From Candidatus Marinacidobacterium sp. (GTDB taxonomy: Bacteria > Acidobacteriota > Vicinamibacteria > Marinacidobacterales > Marinacidobacteraceae): a stretch of DNA of 64,000 bases. The stretch is from contig OZ244852.1 of NCBI GenBank assembly GCA_965220965.1, forward strand, positions 224,001 through 288,000. The letters are read 5' to 3'. Both the position numbers and the translations under genes were made by a program. This document shows positions 47,523 through 56,251 of the stretch, one piece after another (positions within the stretch are counted from its first letter, which is position 1; each line of letters begins with the position of its first letter). The notes below the pieces were generated by a model. It was not told the DNA's origin. It saw nothing but the letters and a program-made list of their open reading frames with translations, and made no database searches.

Positions 47523-48254
47523 TCAGCGCCGCGGGGGGCGGATCCCCCGGAACTCCCAGTCTCCTCCGAGGGCGGTGGAGCGAACTTCCTCCGACGCGGT
47601 GGGCTGGGCGCCATGGCCGCCGGGAACCGGGTTCCCCTCGGTCACCGGGTTCACCAGCCGGCCGAGGCCCTCGACCTCGACGACCACTTCGTCCCCCGGC
47701 GCCACCGGCCGCGAGCCGGCGGGCGTTCCGGTGAACACCAGGTCCCCGGGAAGAAGCGTGTGAGTGCGCGAGAGATCGGCCACCAGGTAGTGCGGATCCC
47801 ACTCCATCTCGTTGGTGTTGCCTGCCTGCCGGACCTCGCCGTTCACCAGTGTCCGGAGCGTCTTCCCCCGGAAGTCCCAGTCGCTCACGCAGGCGTCGAG
47901 CACCGGGCAGAGCGTGTCGGAACCCTTGACCCGGAGCATCGAGCCGGCGTCGGTGTCCCGGAAGTCGTGGAGACCGAAGTCGTTGCCCACCGTGTATCCG
48001 GCGATGAACCGCCCGGCGTCCCCGGGCTCGACCCCCCGGCACGCAGCCCCGATAACCGCCACGATCTCCCCCTCGAAGTTGAGGAAGCGGCATCCCCGCG
48101 GGCGGATCACCGGGTCGCCGCTACCGGTCAGCGCGCTGGGGGGTTTCATGAAATACGTAGGGGCCGGGGGGAGCCGCGCGCCGAACTCCTCGACGCGGCT
48201 GCGGTAGTTGAGATGGACGCAGAGGATCTTGCTCGGGGTTCCGAACGCGGGCAT
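47523..48254 (-). CDS. Fumarylacetoacetate hydrolase family protein
   Basis: FMKP, FEGE, GND, KGSDT, TGTPAG. Confidence 0.9.
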   Translation of the reverse strand: MPAFGTPSKILCVHLNYRSRVEEFGARLPPAPTYFMKPPSALTGSGDPVIRPRGCRFLNFEGEIVAVIGAACRGVEPGDAGRFIAGYTVGNDFGLHDFRDTDAGSMLRVKGSDTLCPVLDACVSDWDFRGKTLRTLVNGEVRQAGNTNEMEWDPHYLVADLSRTHTLLPGDLVFTGTPAGSRPVAPGDEVVVEVEGLGRLVNPVTEGNPVPGGHGAQPTASEEVRSTALGGDWEFRGIRPPRR

Positions 48255-48377
48255 TGAGCGGTGCGCCGAAGCCCCGGTCCCGGGGCGTCCGGGCGCAGCG
48301 CAACTCAGGGAGGTTAGCAGGGAGTTCGATGCTCTCCGGCGCCGGATCGCGGTCGAGTCGTACCATCCGGATCCACC

Positions 48378-49637
48378 GTGGAATCCCCGGCCTCCGGCGG
48401 ACCCTGGTCCGCGATCGTCTCGCACGACACCTATCTCGAGGGCGTCCCCTGGGACCTCTTCGCCCGGATGCGCGCCGCCGGGAGCCCGGTGTGGGTGGAC
48501 GAGCCCGAAGGTTCCGGGTTCTGGGCGCTGACGCGCCATCACCAGGTGTTCCACGCCGGGTCGACGCCCCGGCATTTCTCCTGCGCCCGCGGCATCCGCC
48601 TGGAGGAACTCGACGACGAGGAGCTCGAGGCCCGGCGCACGATGATGGAGTACGACGGCGCCGATCACGCTCGGCTCCGGCGGCTGGTGGGCGCCGGGTT
48701 TTCCAGAAAGTCGATCGCCGAGCGGGAGGCGGCGGTCCGGGGGCTCGCCGTCCAGGTCGTGGAGCGCGCGCTCGAGGCGCGCGAGTTCGACTTTGTTTCC
48801 GCCGTCGCCCGCGAACTGCCGATCCGCATGCTCTGCCGGATGCTCGGCGTCTCCGAGGAGGACGCCGACGACCTCGTCGAGTGGGGCGACGCCCTCATCT
48901 CGAACGCCGACCCGGAGCTGTCGCTCGCGGTCGTGGATCAGGTCGACACCGAGGCGTTCCGGCTCCTGCCCTTCCGGAGCCCGGCGGCGGTGGCGGTATT
49001 CGACTACGCGAGCCGGATCCGCGCCGAGCGCCTTCGTCGGCCACGCCCGGACATCCTCTCGGGGATGCTCCACGCCGACGCCGGCGGCTCGCCCCTCACC
49101 GAGCTCGAGTTCCAGAACTTTTTCCTGCTGCTCATCGTGGCGGGGAACGAGACGACGCGCCACACGCTCTCGCTCGGTCTGCTGGCGCTTCTCGAACACC
49201 CCGAGGCGTTCCGCGACATGGTGAGCGACTCCGGGGAGCGCGAGTTCTCCGAATCGGCCACCGAAGAGATCCTGCGCTGGACCTCGGTGACGATGCACTT
49301 CCGGCGGACGCTCACCTGCGACCTCGACTACGAAGGGGCGCCGATGCGGGCGGGGGACAAGGCGGTCCTCTGGTACATCGCCGCGAACCGGGACGGCGCC
49401 GCCTTCCCGGAACCCGACCGGTTCGATCTGCGTCGGGATCCGAATCCCCACCTGGCCTTCGGGGCCGGGCGCCACTTCTGCCTCGGGGCCTGGCTCGCCC
49501 GGCTCGAGATCCGGGTCACGCTCGAGGAGCTCTTCCGCCGCATCCGGGGCGCGGAACTCACCGGGGCGCCCGACCGGCTGCGCTCCAATTTCATCCACGG
49601 GCTGAAGCGGCTCCCGGTCCGCCTCGAGCTTCGCTGA
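48378..49637 (+). CDS. Cytochrome P450 (CYP125/124/142-like)
   Basis: AGNETT, EEILR (ExxR), FGAGRHFCLG heme motif. Confidence 0.92.
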   Translation: MESPASGGPWSAIVSHDTYLEGVPWDLFARMRAAGSPVWVDEPEGSGFWALTRHHQVFHAGSTPRHFSCARGIRLEELDDEELEARRTMMEYDGADHARLRRLVGAGFSRKSIAEREAAVRGLAVQVVERALEAREFDFVSAVARELPIRMLCRMLGVSEEDADDLVEWGDALISNADPELSLAVVDQVDTEAFRLLPFRSPAAVAVFDYASRIRAERLRRPRPDILSGMLHADAGGSPLTELEFQNFFLLLIVAGNETTRHTLSLGLLALLEHPEAFRDMVSDSGEREFSESATEEILRWTSVTMHFRRTLTCDLDYEGAPMRAGDKAVLWYIAANRDGAAFPEPDRFDLRRDPNPHLAFGAGRHFCLGAWLARLEIRVTLEELFRRIRGAELTGAPDRLRSNFIHGLKRLPVRLELR

Positions 49638-49672
49638 CGCCTGACGACCCCCCCCATCAGCCGGAGGTTCCC

Positions 49673-51772
49673 ATGCGCCAACCCCTGATCCATCGAACGC
49701 TCCGCGCCGCGGCCTTCCTCTCCGGTTTCCTGCTCGCCGGAGCGGCGGCCGCCGCCCAGGCGCCCTTCACCATGGCCGACGCGCTTTCGGCGCCGTTCCC
49801 GACCTCGCTGGTCGCCGCGCCCGACGGAAGCCGGGTGGCCTGGGTGTTCGACGAACGGGGCGCCCGGAACGTCTGGACCGCCGAGGCGCCGGACTTCAGC
49901 GGCCAGCGTCGGACCTCGTTCGAGGGGGACGCCGGGACCACGATCAGCGCGCTGGCGTTTTCCCGCGATGGGCGCCGACTCGCCTTCATCCGGGGGGACG
50001 GGCCGAACCGGGCGGGCGAACTGCCGAACCCCACCCATGATCCCGGCGGCGTGGAGCGGGCGCTGTGGATCCTCGACGGCGACGCGGCGCCCCGGCGGCT
50101 CACGGAACCGGCCTCGGCGCCTCTGTTCACCGCGGCCGGAGACGCCGTGCTGTTCCTGCGCGGCGGCAAGGTTCACCGCATCGGCCTCGAACCGGACGCC
50201 GAGCCGGAACAACTGATCGACGGCCGGGGATCCTTCGGAAGCCTGCGGCTCTCGCCGGACGGCGACCGGCTCGCGCTCGTGTCATCGCGGGGAGCGCACT
50301 CGTTCGTGGGGGTCTACGACTTCGAAGCGGAGTCCCTCCACTATCTGGATCCGGCGGTGGACCGCGATGGTTCGCCGGCGTTCTCCCCCGACGGCTCCGC
50401 GGTCGCCTTCCTCCGCCAGCCGCCGGTCCTCGAGCCCTACCTGTTCGTCCCTCGCCGGGAAGGCCCGCCCTGGAGCATCCGGGTGGTGGAGCTCGGCGAG
50501 AACGGTCCGGGCAAGGCGCGCGAGATCTTCCGGGCCGCTCCGGGCCCGGGGAGCGTGTTCTCCGGCACGGCGTCGGCGGACCAGTTGTTCTGGACCGCGG
50601 ACGAAAGGGTCCTCTTTCCCTGGGAGCAGAGCGGCTACCGCCACTTCTACGCAGTGAATGCGTCCGGCGGGGACCCGGAGGCCCTCGCTTCCGGAGCGTT
50701 CGAGGTGGAGTACGCCGTGTCGGACGGCGCGGGCGGCCTGATCGCCGCCACCAACCAGGGCGACATCGACCGCCGCCACCTGTGGCGGCTGGCGCCCGGC
50801 GTCGCGCCCGAGGCGCTGACCTCAGGGCGGGGGATCGAGACGCTCCCGGTCGCGGTGGCCGGCGGCGCCGCCTGGCTGGGCGGCGACGGCCGCCGCCCGC
50901 TCCAGCCGATCGTGCGGGTGGGAGACGGGCCCGAGCGCCCGATGGCACCGGAGGCGTTCCCGGCCGACTTTCCTCTCGACCACATGGTCGAGCCGGAAGC
51001 CGTGGTCTTCCACGCGGCGGACGGCATGGAAATCCACGGCCAGTTGTTCCGGCCGCCGGGAGGGGCGGCGGAGCCGGGGCCGGGGGTCCTGTTCCTCCAC
51101 GGCGGGTCGCGCCGCCAGATGCTGCTCGGCTGGCACTACATGGGCTACTACTCGAACTGCTACGCCTTCCACCAGTACCTGGCGAACCAGGGCTTCACCG
51201 TGCTCTCGGTCAACTTCCGCAGCGGCACCGGCTACGGGATGGAGTTCCGGGAGGCGCTGAACTACGGAGCGAGCGGGGCCGCCGAACACCAGGACGTGCT
51301 CGGCGCCGGACGTTTCCTCGCCGACCTGCCCGGAGTGGACCCGGAGCGGATCGGGCTCTGGGGCGGTTCCTACGGCGGGTATCTGACCGCGATGGGGCTG
51401 TCGCGGGCATCCGATCTGTTCGCCGCCGGGGTGGACATCCACGGCGTCCACGACTGGAACCGCACGATCCAGGGGTTCCTCCCGAGCTACGAGCCGGAGA
51501 ACTTTCCCGAGCAGGCCCGCCTGGCCTTCGAGTCCTCACCGCTCGCCTCGGTGGATGGCTGGCGCTCGCCGGTGCTGCTGATCCACGGCGATGACGACCG
51601 GAATGTCCCGTTCAACGAAACGGTCGAGCTGGTCGAGGAACTCCGTAAGCGCGGGGTCGAGCACGAGCTGCTCGTGTTCCCGGACGAGGTGCACGGCTTC
51701 CTGCGCCGCGCGAGCTGGGTCGAACTCTTCGAACGAAGCGCCGACTTCCTCAGTCGCCACCTGGAGCGCTGA
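49673..51772 (+). CDS. S9 family peptidase with beta-propeller, exported
   Basis: GGSYGG, HGDDDRNV, DEVHG; signal peptide; GGAGG RBS. Confidence 0.92.
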   Translation: MRQPLIHRTLRAAAFLSGFLLAGAAAAAQAPFTMADALSAPFPTSLVAAPDGSRVAWVFDERGARNVWTAEAPDFSGQRRTSFEGDAGTTISALAFSRDGRRLAFIRGDGPNRAGELPNPTHDPGGVERALWILDGDAAPRRLTEPASAPLFTAAGDAVLFLRGGKVHRIGLEPDAEPEQLIDGRGSFGSLRLSPDGDRLALVSSRGAHSFVGVYDFEAESLHYLDPAVDRDGSPAFSPDGSAVAFLRQPPVLEPYLFVPRREGPPWSIRVVELGENGPGKAREIFRAAPGPGSVFSGTASADQLFWTADERVLFPWEQSGYRHFYAVNASGGDPEALASGAFEVEYAVSDGAGGLIAATNQGDIDRRHLWRLAPGVAPEALTSGRGIETLPVAVAGGAAWLGGDGRRPLQPIVRVGDGPERPMAPEAFPADFPLDHMVEPEAVVFHAADGMEIHGQLFRPPGGAAEPGPGVLFLHGGSRRQMLLGWHYMGYYSNCYAFHQYLANQGFTVLSVNFRSGTGYGMEFREALNYGASGAAEHQDVLGAGRFLADLPGVDPERIGLWGGSYGGYLTAMGLSRASDLFAAGVDIHGVHDWNRTIQGFLPSYEPENFPEQARLAFESSPLASVDGWRSPVLLIHGDDDRNVPFNETVELVEELRKRGVEHELLVFPDEVHGFLRRASWVELFERSADFLSRHLER

Positions 51773-52994
51773 GGCTGGGCTCGTCGGGTGCGAGCGCGGC
51801 CTCGATCTCCCGCCGCGCGCCAGCGTCGGATTCCACCTCGAGGCGGGCCCTCAGCGACGCCCGGGCGCGCCTCGGGCTCAGACGGGCGAGCGCCCAGGCG
51901 GCGTGCCCCCGGACGAGCGGCTCCTCGTGGTCGAGCGCGGCCGTCAGCGCCCGGAAAGCCCCCGGGCCCCCGGTGTTGCCGAGCGCCACGGCCACGTTCC
52001 GGAGGAAGCCGGCGTAGCCCGCCCGCCGGACCGCGCTACGGCGGGTCCGCTCCCGGAAGTCCTCGCGGGAGAGCGCGAGGAGCTCGATGAGCGTCTCTTC
52101 GTGGAGGCCGCCGGGCGTCGGGGCGAGCCGGGGCTCTTCCGCCTTCCCGGCGAAGCGGTTCCAGGGGCAGACGTCCTGGCAGTCGTCGCACCCGAAGATC
52201 CGGTCGCCGATGGCCTCCCGGAATTCCAGCGGGATCGGGCCGCGGAGCTCGATCGTGAGGTAGGAGATGCATCGGCGGCTGTCCACCACGTAGGGCGCCA
52301 CGATGGCGTCCGTCGGGCAGGCGGTCATGCACCGCGTGCAGGAGCCGCAGCGGTCCGGGTGGGCGTCGTCGGGGGGCAACGCGACCGGCAGGAGGAGCTC
52401 TCCGAGGAAGAACCAGGAGCTTCCCCGGGTGGCGATGACGTTCGAGTGCTTCCCGGTCCAGCCGATCCCGGCGCGCTCGGCGTAGGCCTTCTCAAGGAGC
52501 GGGCCGTGGTCGACAAGGACGGGGATCCGGCGGCGGGCGCCCCGGGAGCGAGGCGCGAGCAGTCCGCGCTCTTCGCCGACCTCCTCCGCCCAGCGCGCCA
52601 GCGCCCGCAGCTTCGCCTCCACGACCCGGTGGTAGTCCTCGCCGCGGGCGTACTGCGAGACGACGCCGCCGCCCCCGGGCGCGGTCGCCGCCTCGCCGGC
52701 GTAGTAGTTCAGCGCGCAGACCACGACCGTCCGGTCGGAACCGGCGCGGTCGTCCTCCCCGGAGCAACGCTCCGGGGACCGGGACATCCACCCCATCTCC
52801 CCGTGCCGCCCGTCCGCGAGCCACTCGCGGAAGCGCCTGCCGGCGAGCGGCAGGCGCGAAGGCGCGAAGCCCACCGCGCTGAACCCGAGCCTGAACCCCT
52901 CCTCGCGCAGCGCCTCCCGGAAAGCGCGCCGCGTCGCTTCGTCGGGAGGGACCGAGGCTTCCGTTGGGAGCGAGTCCCGGGTCCGGACGGACAT
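51750..52994 (-). CDS. queG: Epoxyqueuosine reductase
   Basis: YARGEDYH, CGSCTRCMTACP, CISYLTIE, GCDDCQDVCPWN. Confidence 0.95.
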   Translation of the reverse strand: MSVRTRDSLPTEASVPPDEATRRAFREALREEGFRLGFSAVGFAPSRLPLAGRRFREWLADGRHGEMGWMSRSPERCSGEDDRAGSDRTVVVCALNYYAGEAATAPGGGGVVSQYARGEDYHRVVEAKLRALARWAEEVGEERGLLAPRSRGARRRIPVLVDHGPLLEKAYAERAGIGWTGKHSNVIATRGSSWFFLGELLLPVALPPDDAHPDRCGSCTRCMTACPTDAIVAPYVVDSRRCISYLTIELRGPIPLEFREAIGDRIFGCDDCQDVCPWNRFAGKAEEPRLAPTPGGLHEETLIELLALSREDFRERTRRSAVRRAGYAGFLRNVAVALGNTGGPGAFRALTAALDHEEPLVRGHAAWALARLSPRRARASLRARLEVESDAGARREIEAALAPDEPSLSAPGGD

Positions 52995-53026
52995 GGGGAC
53001 GCGGCGAGCGCCGGTCTCCCGTCCCG

Positions 53027-53836
53027 TTACTTCAACAGGATGAACCGGCGATGGAGCGGCTGGACCGGACGGGCGTTCATCGGGTAGAGGGCCCGGAAGG
53101 CGTCGACCTGCGCCTGAGAGACGGCGATGGAGTCCGTCATCACGACCCAGCTCACGACTTCCGAACACGGCGGCGTGGTCAGCGAGCCGGCGTAGCGGAA
53201 ATAACCGCGTCCTTCGGGGAGGAAGGCGTTCAGGTCGATGCCGGTGAGCGGAGCAGGCGCCTCGTCGACGCCGGGGATGGCGTCCCAGACCGCCTGCAGA
53301 GCGGGATGGGCGTCGCCGGCATCCAGAAAGACGCCGATGACCGCGAGGTCTCCCTCTTCGGCCTGGTGGACGAAGTGGACCTCCAGGGGAAAGGCCGCGC
53401 TTTCGACGGTGTGCTCGCTGGGGGCGTGGAAGTGGAACTGGACGAGCGAGAACCGCCGCCCCTCGAGCGTGATCGAGCTTCCGGCCGACATGTTGACCTG
53501 GATCGTGTGTCCGTTGTCGATGACCTCGCCGTCGGTGGGCGCCCACTCGATGTCGAGCCCGCCGCCGCCGGCTGGAATCGCGCCCGTCAGGTCGATCGGG
53601 GACTGCTGGACGCCGGCGTCACAGATCGCGAACGAGGGGTGGAGGGCGCCCCACCGGTCCGGACCGATGTCCCCCTCGTAGCCCCAGTGAACCTCGGCGC
53701 TCTCGGCCTCCTCGGTGTGTTCCGCATCCATGGATTCCCCCTCGGCCGGGTCCGGCCCATCCGCCTGGCACGCTATCTGAGCGCCCGCCAGGCAGACGAT
53801 GGCGAGGCCCATCCGGATCGAGTGATGGTCTGTCAT
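53027..53836 (-). CDS. Alpha-class carbonic anhydrase, lipoprotein
   Basis: HWGY, QSPID, QFHFH, EH, EVH, GSLTTPPC, NARP; QIAC lipobox. Confidence 0.95.
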   Translation of the reverse strand: MTDHHSIRMGLAIVCLAGAQIACQADGPDPAEGESMDAEHTEEAESAEVHWGYEGDIGPDRWGALHPSFAICDAGVQQSPIDLTGAIPAGGGGLDIEWAPTDGEVIDNGHTIQVNMSAGSSITLEGRRFSLVQFHFHAPSEHTVESAAFPLEVHFVHQAEEGDLAVIGVFLDAGDAHPALQAVWDAIPGVDEAPAPLTGIDLNAFLPEGRGYFRYAGSLTTPPCSEVVSWVVMTDSIAVSQAQVDAFRALYPMNARPVQPLHRRFILLK

Positions 53837-53880
53837 GTTGCTCCTCCGCACACTGTGTCGACGGCCCGGCGCGCCGTTAT

Positions 53881-53994
53881 TCCGACGGCCTCACCGCGAC
53901 CCCCTCCTGGACGCTGTCGCCCGGGTAGACGATAACCCGGTCCTCCGCTTCGAGTCCCTCGAGCACCTGCGCTTCCCGCTGGTTGCGCTCGCCG
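53881..53994. repeat. 114-bp direct repeat, copy A (duplicated 3' end of efflux adaptor gene, with its own TAA stop at 53877-53879)
   Basis: 111/114 identical to 55005-55118 by manual alignment. Confidence 0.95.
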
Positions 53995-54000
53995 CGCAAC

Positions 54001-54291
54001 TCACTCGGCCTGCTCCAGTCGCTGGCGCAACGCCTCCGCTTCCAGCTCCAGCTCTTCGAGGATACGCGGAAGGATCTTCTGTTCCCGCTCGATCCTCAGA
54101 CTCGTGCCCACGCCGGTCGCCGAGAAGAACTGCTGCTGGTTCGTTCGCGCGCATTCCGGACACATCGCGACAAGGACCGCCAGGATGAGAAACGGAACGA
54201 GCGCGCCGGCGATCACCCAGTACTGACCCCCTCGCCGATAGCCGTCAAGAATGCGGCGCGCCAGACCGCGGGCCGCTTCGATCCGCCTCAT
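54001..54291 (-). CDS. Small orphan membrane protein (TM + coiled coil), paralog of 54288-54905 N-terminus
   Basis: ATGA overlap with upstream ORF; ARRILDGYRRGG-W, TM, TSLRIE, coiled coil. Confidence 0.65.
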   Translation of the reverse strand: MRRIEAARGLARRILDGYRRGGQYWVIAGALVPFLILAVLVAMCPECARTNQQQFFSATGVGTSLRIEREQKILPRILEELELEAEALRQRLEQAE

Positions 54292-54905
54292 GGCGTGAAG
54301 TCCGGCTCCGTCGGCGGAGCCCAGCCCATGCAGACCGCAACACACTCGGTCTGCCACTCGCCGTCCGGCCACAGCAGAACGGATCCGCCAGCCAGAACAC
54401 CTGCGTGGGGCCACAGCGTGCTCAACAACGTCGCGCCGGCCAGAACACCGGCCAGGGGGTACTTGACCTGCCGCCTTCGGGTGTCGCATCCCTTGCTGCA
54501 CCACGAATACTGGAGACCCGTATCCCCGATTGGCTCATAACGGATCGAAGCCTGTGGGTCAGAGTCGATTCCGGGAGCGCTGACAGATGGAGCGCTCGCC
54601 CCGTCCCACTGCGGTGGGCCCGGTGAGACTTCGGATGCAACGCCTGCGATCACTGCTCGCTCCCGAAGTTCCTCGATTTCGCGGGACAGGGATTCGACCC
54701 TGCGCCAGTCTTCCCGCCATTCGTCCTCCATACGAAGCGACGTGTTCATGGACAGGATCTGTCCCACAAAGCCACTGGCGAAGAACGATGTGAAGACCAG
54801 GCCCACTACCAGGAAATACGCGGTCGCCATCCAGGGTCGGCCAGACCGCCGATAGCCTGCGGCCATGCGCCTGGCGACCTGCCGCAATGAGAACCTATGG
54901 TTCAT
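54288..54905 (-). CDS. Orphan membrane protein with CxxxC-flanked AGVLAG hairpin
   Basis: ARRMAAGYRRSG-W, TM, TSLRME, coiled coil, CSKGC...AGVLAG x2...CVAVC. Confidence 0.65.
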   Translation of the reverse strand: MNHRFSLRQVARRMAAGYRRSGRPWMATAYFLVVGLVFTSFFASGFVGQILSMNTSLRMEDEWREDWRRVESLSREIEELRERAVIAGVASEVSPGPPQWDGASAPSVSAPGIDSDPQASIRYEPIGDTGLQYSWCSKGCDTRRRQVKYPLAGVLAGATLLSTLWPHAGVLAGGSVLLWPDGEWQTECVAVCMGWAPPTEPDFTP

Positions 54906-54997
54906 GGAATGTTGACGACGGTCTCGTCAGGAACGCAGCCAAGGCGATTCCACCGACAGTATTCCGTGTTTGGCGCTCGCCCCGGTGAAGGCCTCGT

Positions 54998-56227
54998 TCA
55001 CGGCTCCGACGGCCTCACTGCGACCCCCTCCTGGACGCTGTCGCCCGGGTAGACGATAACCCGGTCCTCCGCTTCGAGTCCCTCGAGCACCTGCGCCTCC
55101 TGCTGGTTGCGCTCGCCGATGCTGACGGTCCGCTCGCTCGCCTGACCGTCTGCGAGCACAAAGACGGCCCAGTCTTCCCCGCGGCGGAAGAGCGCGCCCA
55201 CCGGGACCTTGAGAGCGTCGTCGGTCTCCCAGACGACGACCCGGGTCTCCACCCGGTAGCCGTCGCCCAGACGGCTGCGCGCCTCGAACGGCTCCTCGAG
55301 CGCGATGACCACGTTGACGCGCTGCTCCTCGACGCCGAGCGCCGAGATCTTCGTGAACCCGTGGGGCTCCACCCGCAGGACGCGACCCTCGAGCGGCCGG
55401 TCGCCGCCCCAGCGATCCACCAGCGCGCGCTGGCCGGCGCGCATCCGCACGGCGTCGTTCGAGAGATAGTCGGTCACGACTTCGAGCTCCCGGGGATCTC
55501 CCACCTCGAGCAGGGGCTCGCCGGCGGGGACCACGGCTTCGCTCTCGCGCAGCCGCCGCAGCACGACGCCGTCGACCGGCGAGAAGATCCGGAGTTCCTC
55601 CGGATTCTGGCCGGGCGCGCTGTCGCGGGGACCGGTAACGCGGGCCGGATGGAACCGAAGCAGCCGGGCGCGCGCCGCGGCGAGGCGGCCCCGGGCGTCG
55701 CGGGCCGCGAATTCCGCCGCCTCGAGGGCCTCCTGCCGGGTGTCGAGCGCGAGCCGCGCGGCGTCCAGCCGGTCCGCCGAAACCACCCCGTCCTCACGGA
55801 GGCGGGTGAGACGGTCCAGCGTCGCCTGGGCGTGCGCCCGTTCGGCGGCCGCCTGCTCGTGCAGCGCTTCCGCCTGACCCACCGCGGCCTCCGCCGCCTC
55901 GACGGCGGCCTCCGATTCGGCGCGCCGGCGCGGATCCAGCGGGATCGGCGCGGCCGGCAGGAAGGCGGCGAGGATCGTTTCCCCGGCGAGCACCGGGTCG
56001 CCGGGTTCGAACTCGATGCGGAGAACCCGTCCGGCGACCGGCGCCGAGACCAGGAACCGGTCCCGGACCCGCGTTTCTCCCTCATCGTCGAGCGTGACCT
56101 CGAGCGGGCCTCGGACCACCGGCGCGAGCTCCACCGGAACCGGGCGCGGGCGGGAGGCGAGGGCGATGAGCGCCACGAGGATGAGTCCCCCGAGGCCCCA
56201 GACCACGAGCCGCCTTCGGTTCTTCAT
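54998..56227 (-). CDS. Efflux periplasmic adaptor (HlyD/MacA-like)
   Basis: VSAPVAG, SPVDGVVL, TKISALGVEEQRV. Confidence 0.9.
   Translation of the reverse strand: MKNRRRLVVWGLGGLILVALIALASRPRPVPVELAPVVRGPLEVTLDDEGETRVRDRFLVSAPVAGRVLRIEFEPGDPVLAGETILAAFLPAAPIPLDPRRRAESEAAVEAAEAAVGQAEALHEQAAAERAHAQATLDRLTRLREDGVVSADRLDAARLALDTRQEALEAAEFAARDARGRLAAARARLLRFHPARVTGPRDSAPGQNPEELRIFSPVDGVVLRRLRESEAVVPAGEPLLEVGDPRELEVVTDYLSNDAVRMRAGQRALVDRWGGDRPLEGRVLRVEPHGFTKISALGVEEQRVNVVIALEEPFEARSRLGDGYRVETRVVVWETDDALKVPVGALFRRGEDWAVFVLADGQASERTVSIGERNQQEAQVLEGLEAEDRVIVYPGDSVQEGVAVRPSEP
55005..55118. repeat. 114-bp direct repeat, copy B (within the adaptor gene 3' end)
   Basis: Matches 53881-53994. Confidence 0.95.
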
Positions 56228-56251
56228 TCGGTCTTCATCCTTCCCCGGTGA

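Noticed and set aside
48254-51772. 1172-aa ORF suggesting a P450-peptidase fusion
   Set aside because: The P450 is in another frame with its own stop, and the peptidase has its own RBS and signal peptide at 49673.
51750-51772. 3' overlap of queG and the S9 peptidase
   Set aside because: Short convergent overlaps are common in GC-rich genomes.
53881-55118. 114-bp repeat pair as a DGR template/variable repeat
   Set aside because: Only three differences, in both directions (not consistently from A), and no reverse transcriptase or C-type lectin target at this locus.
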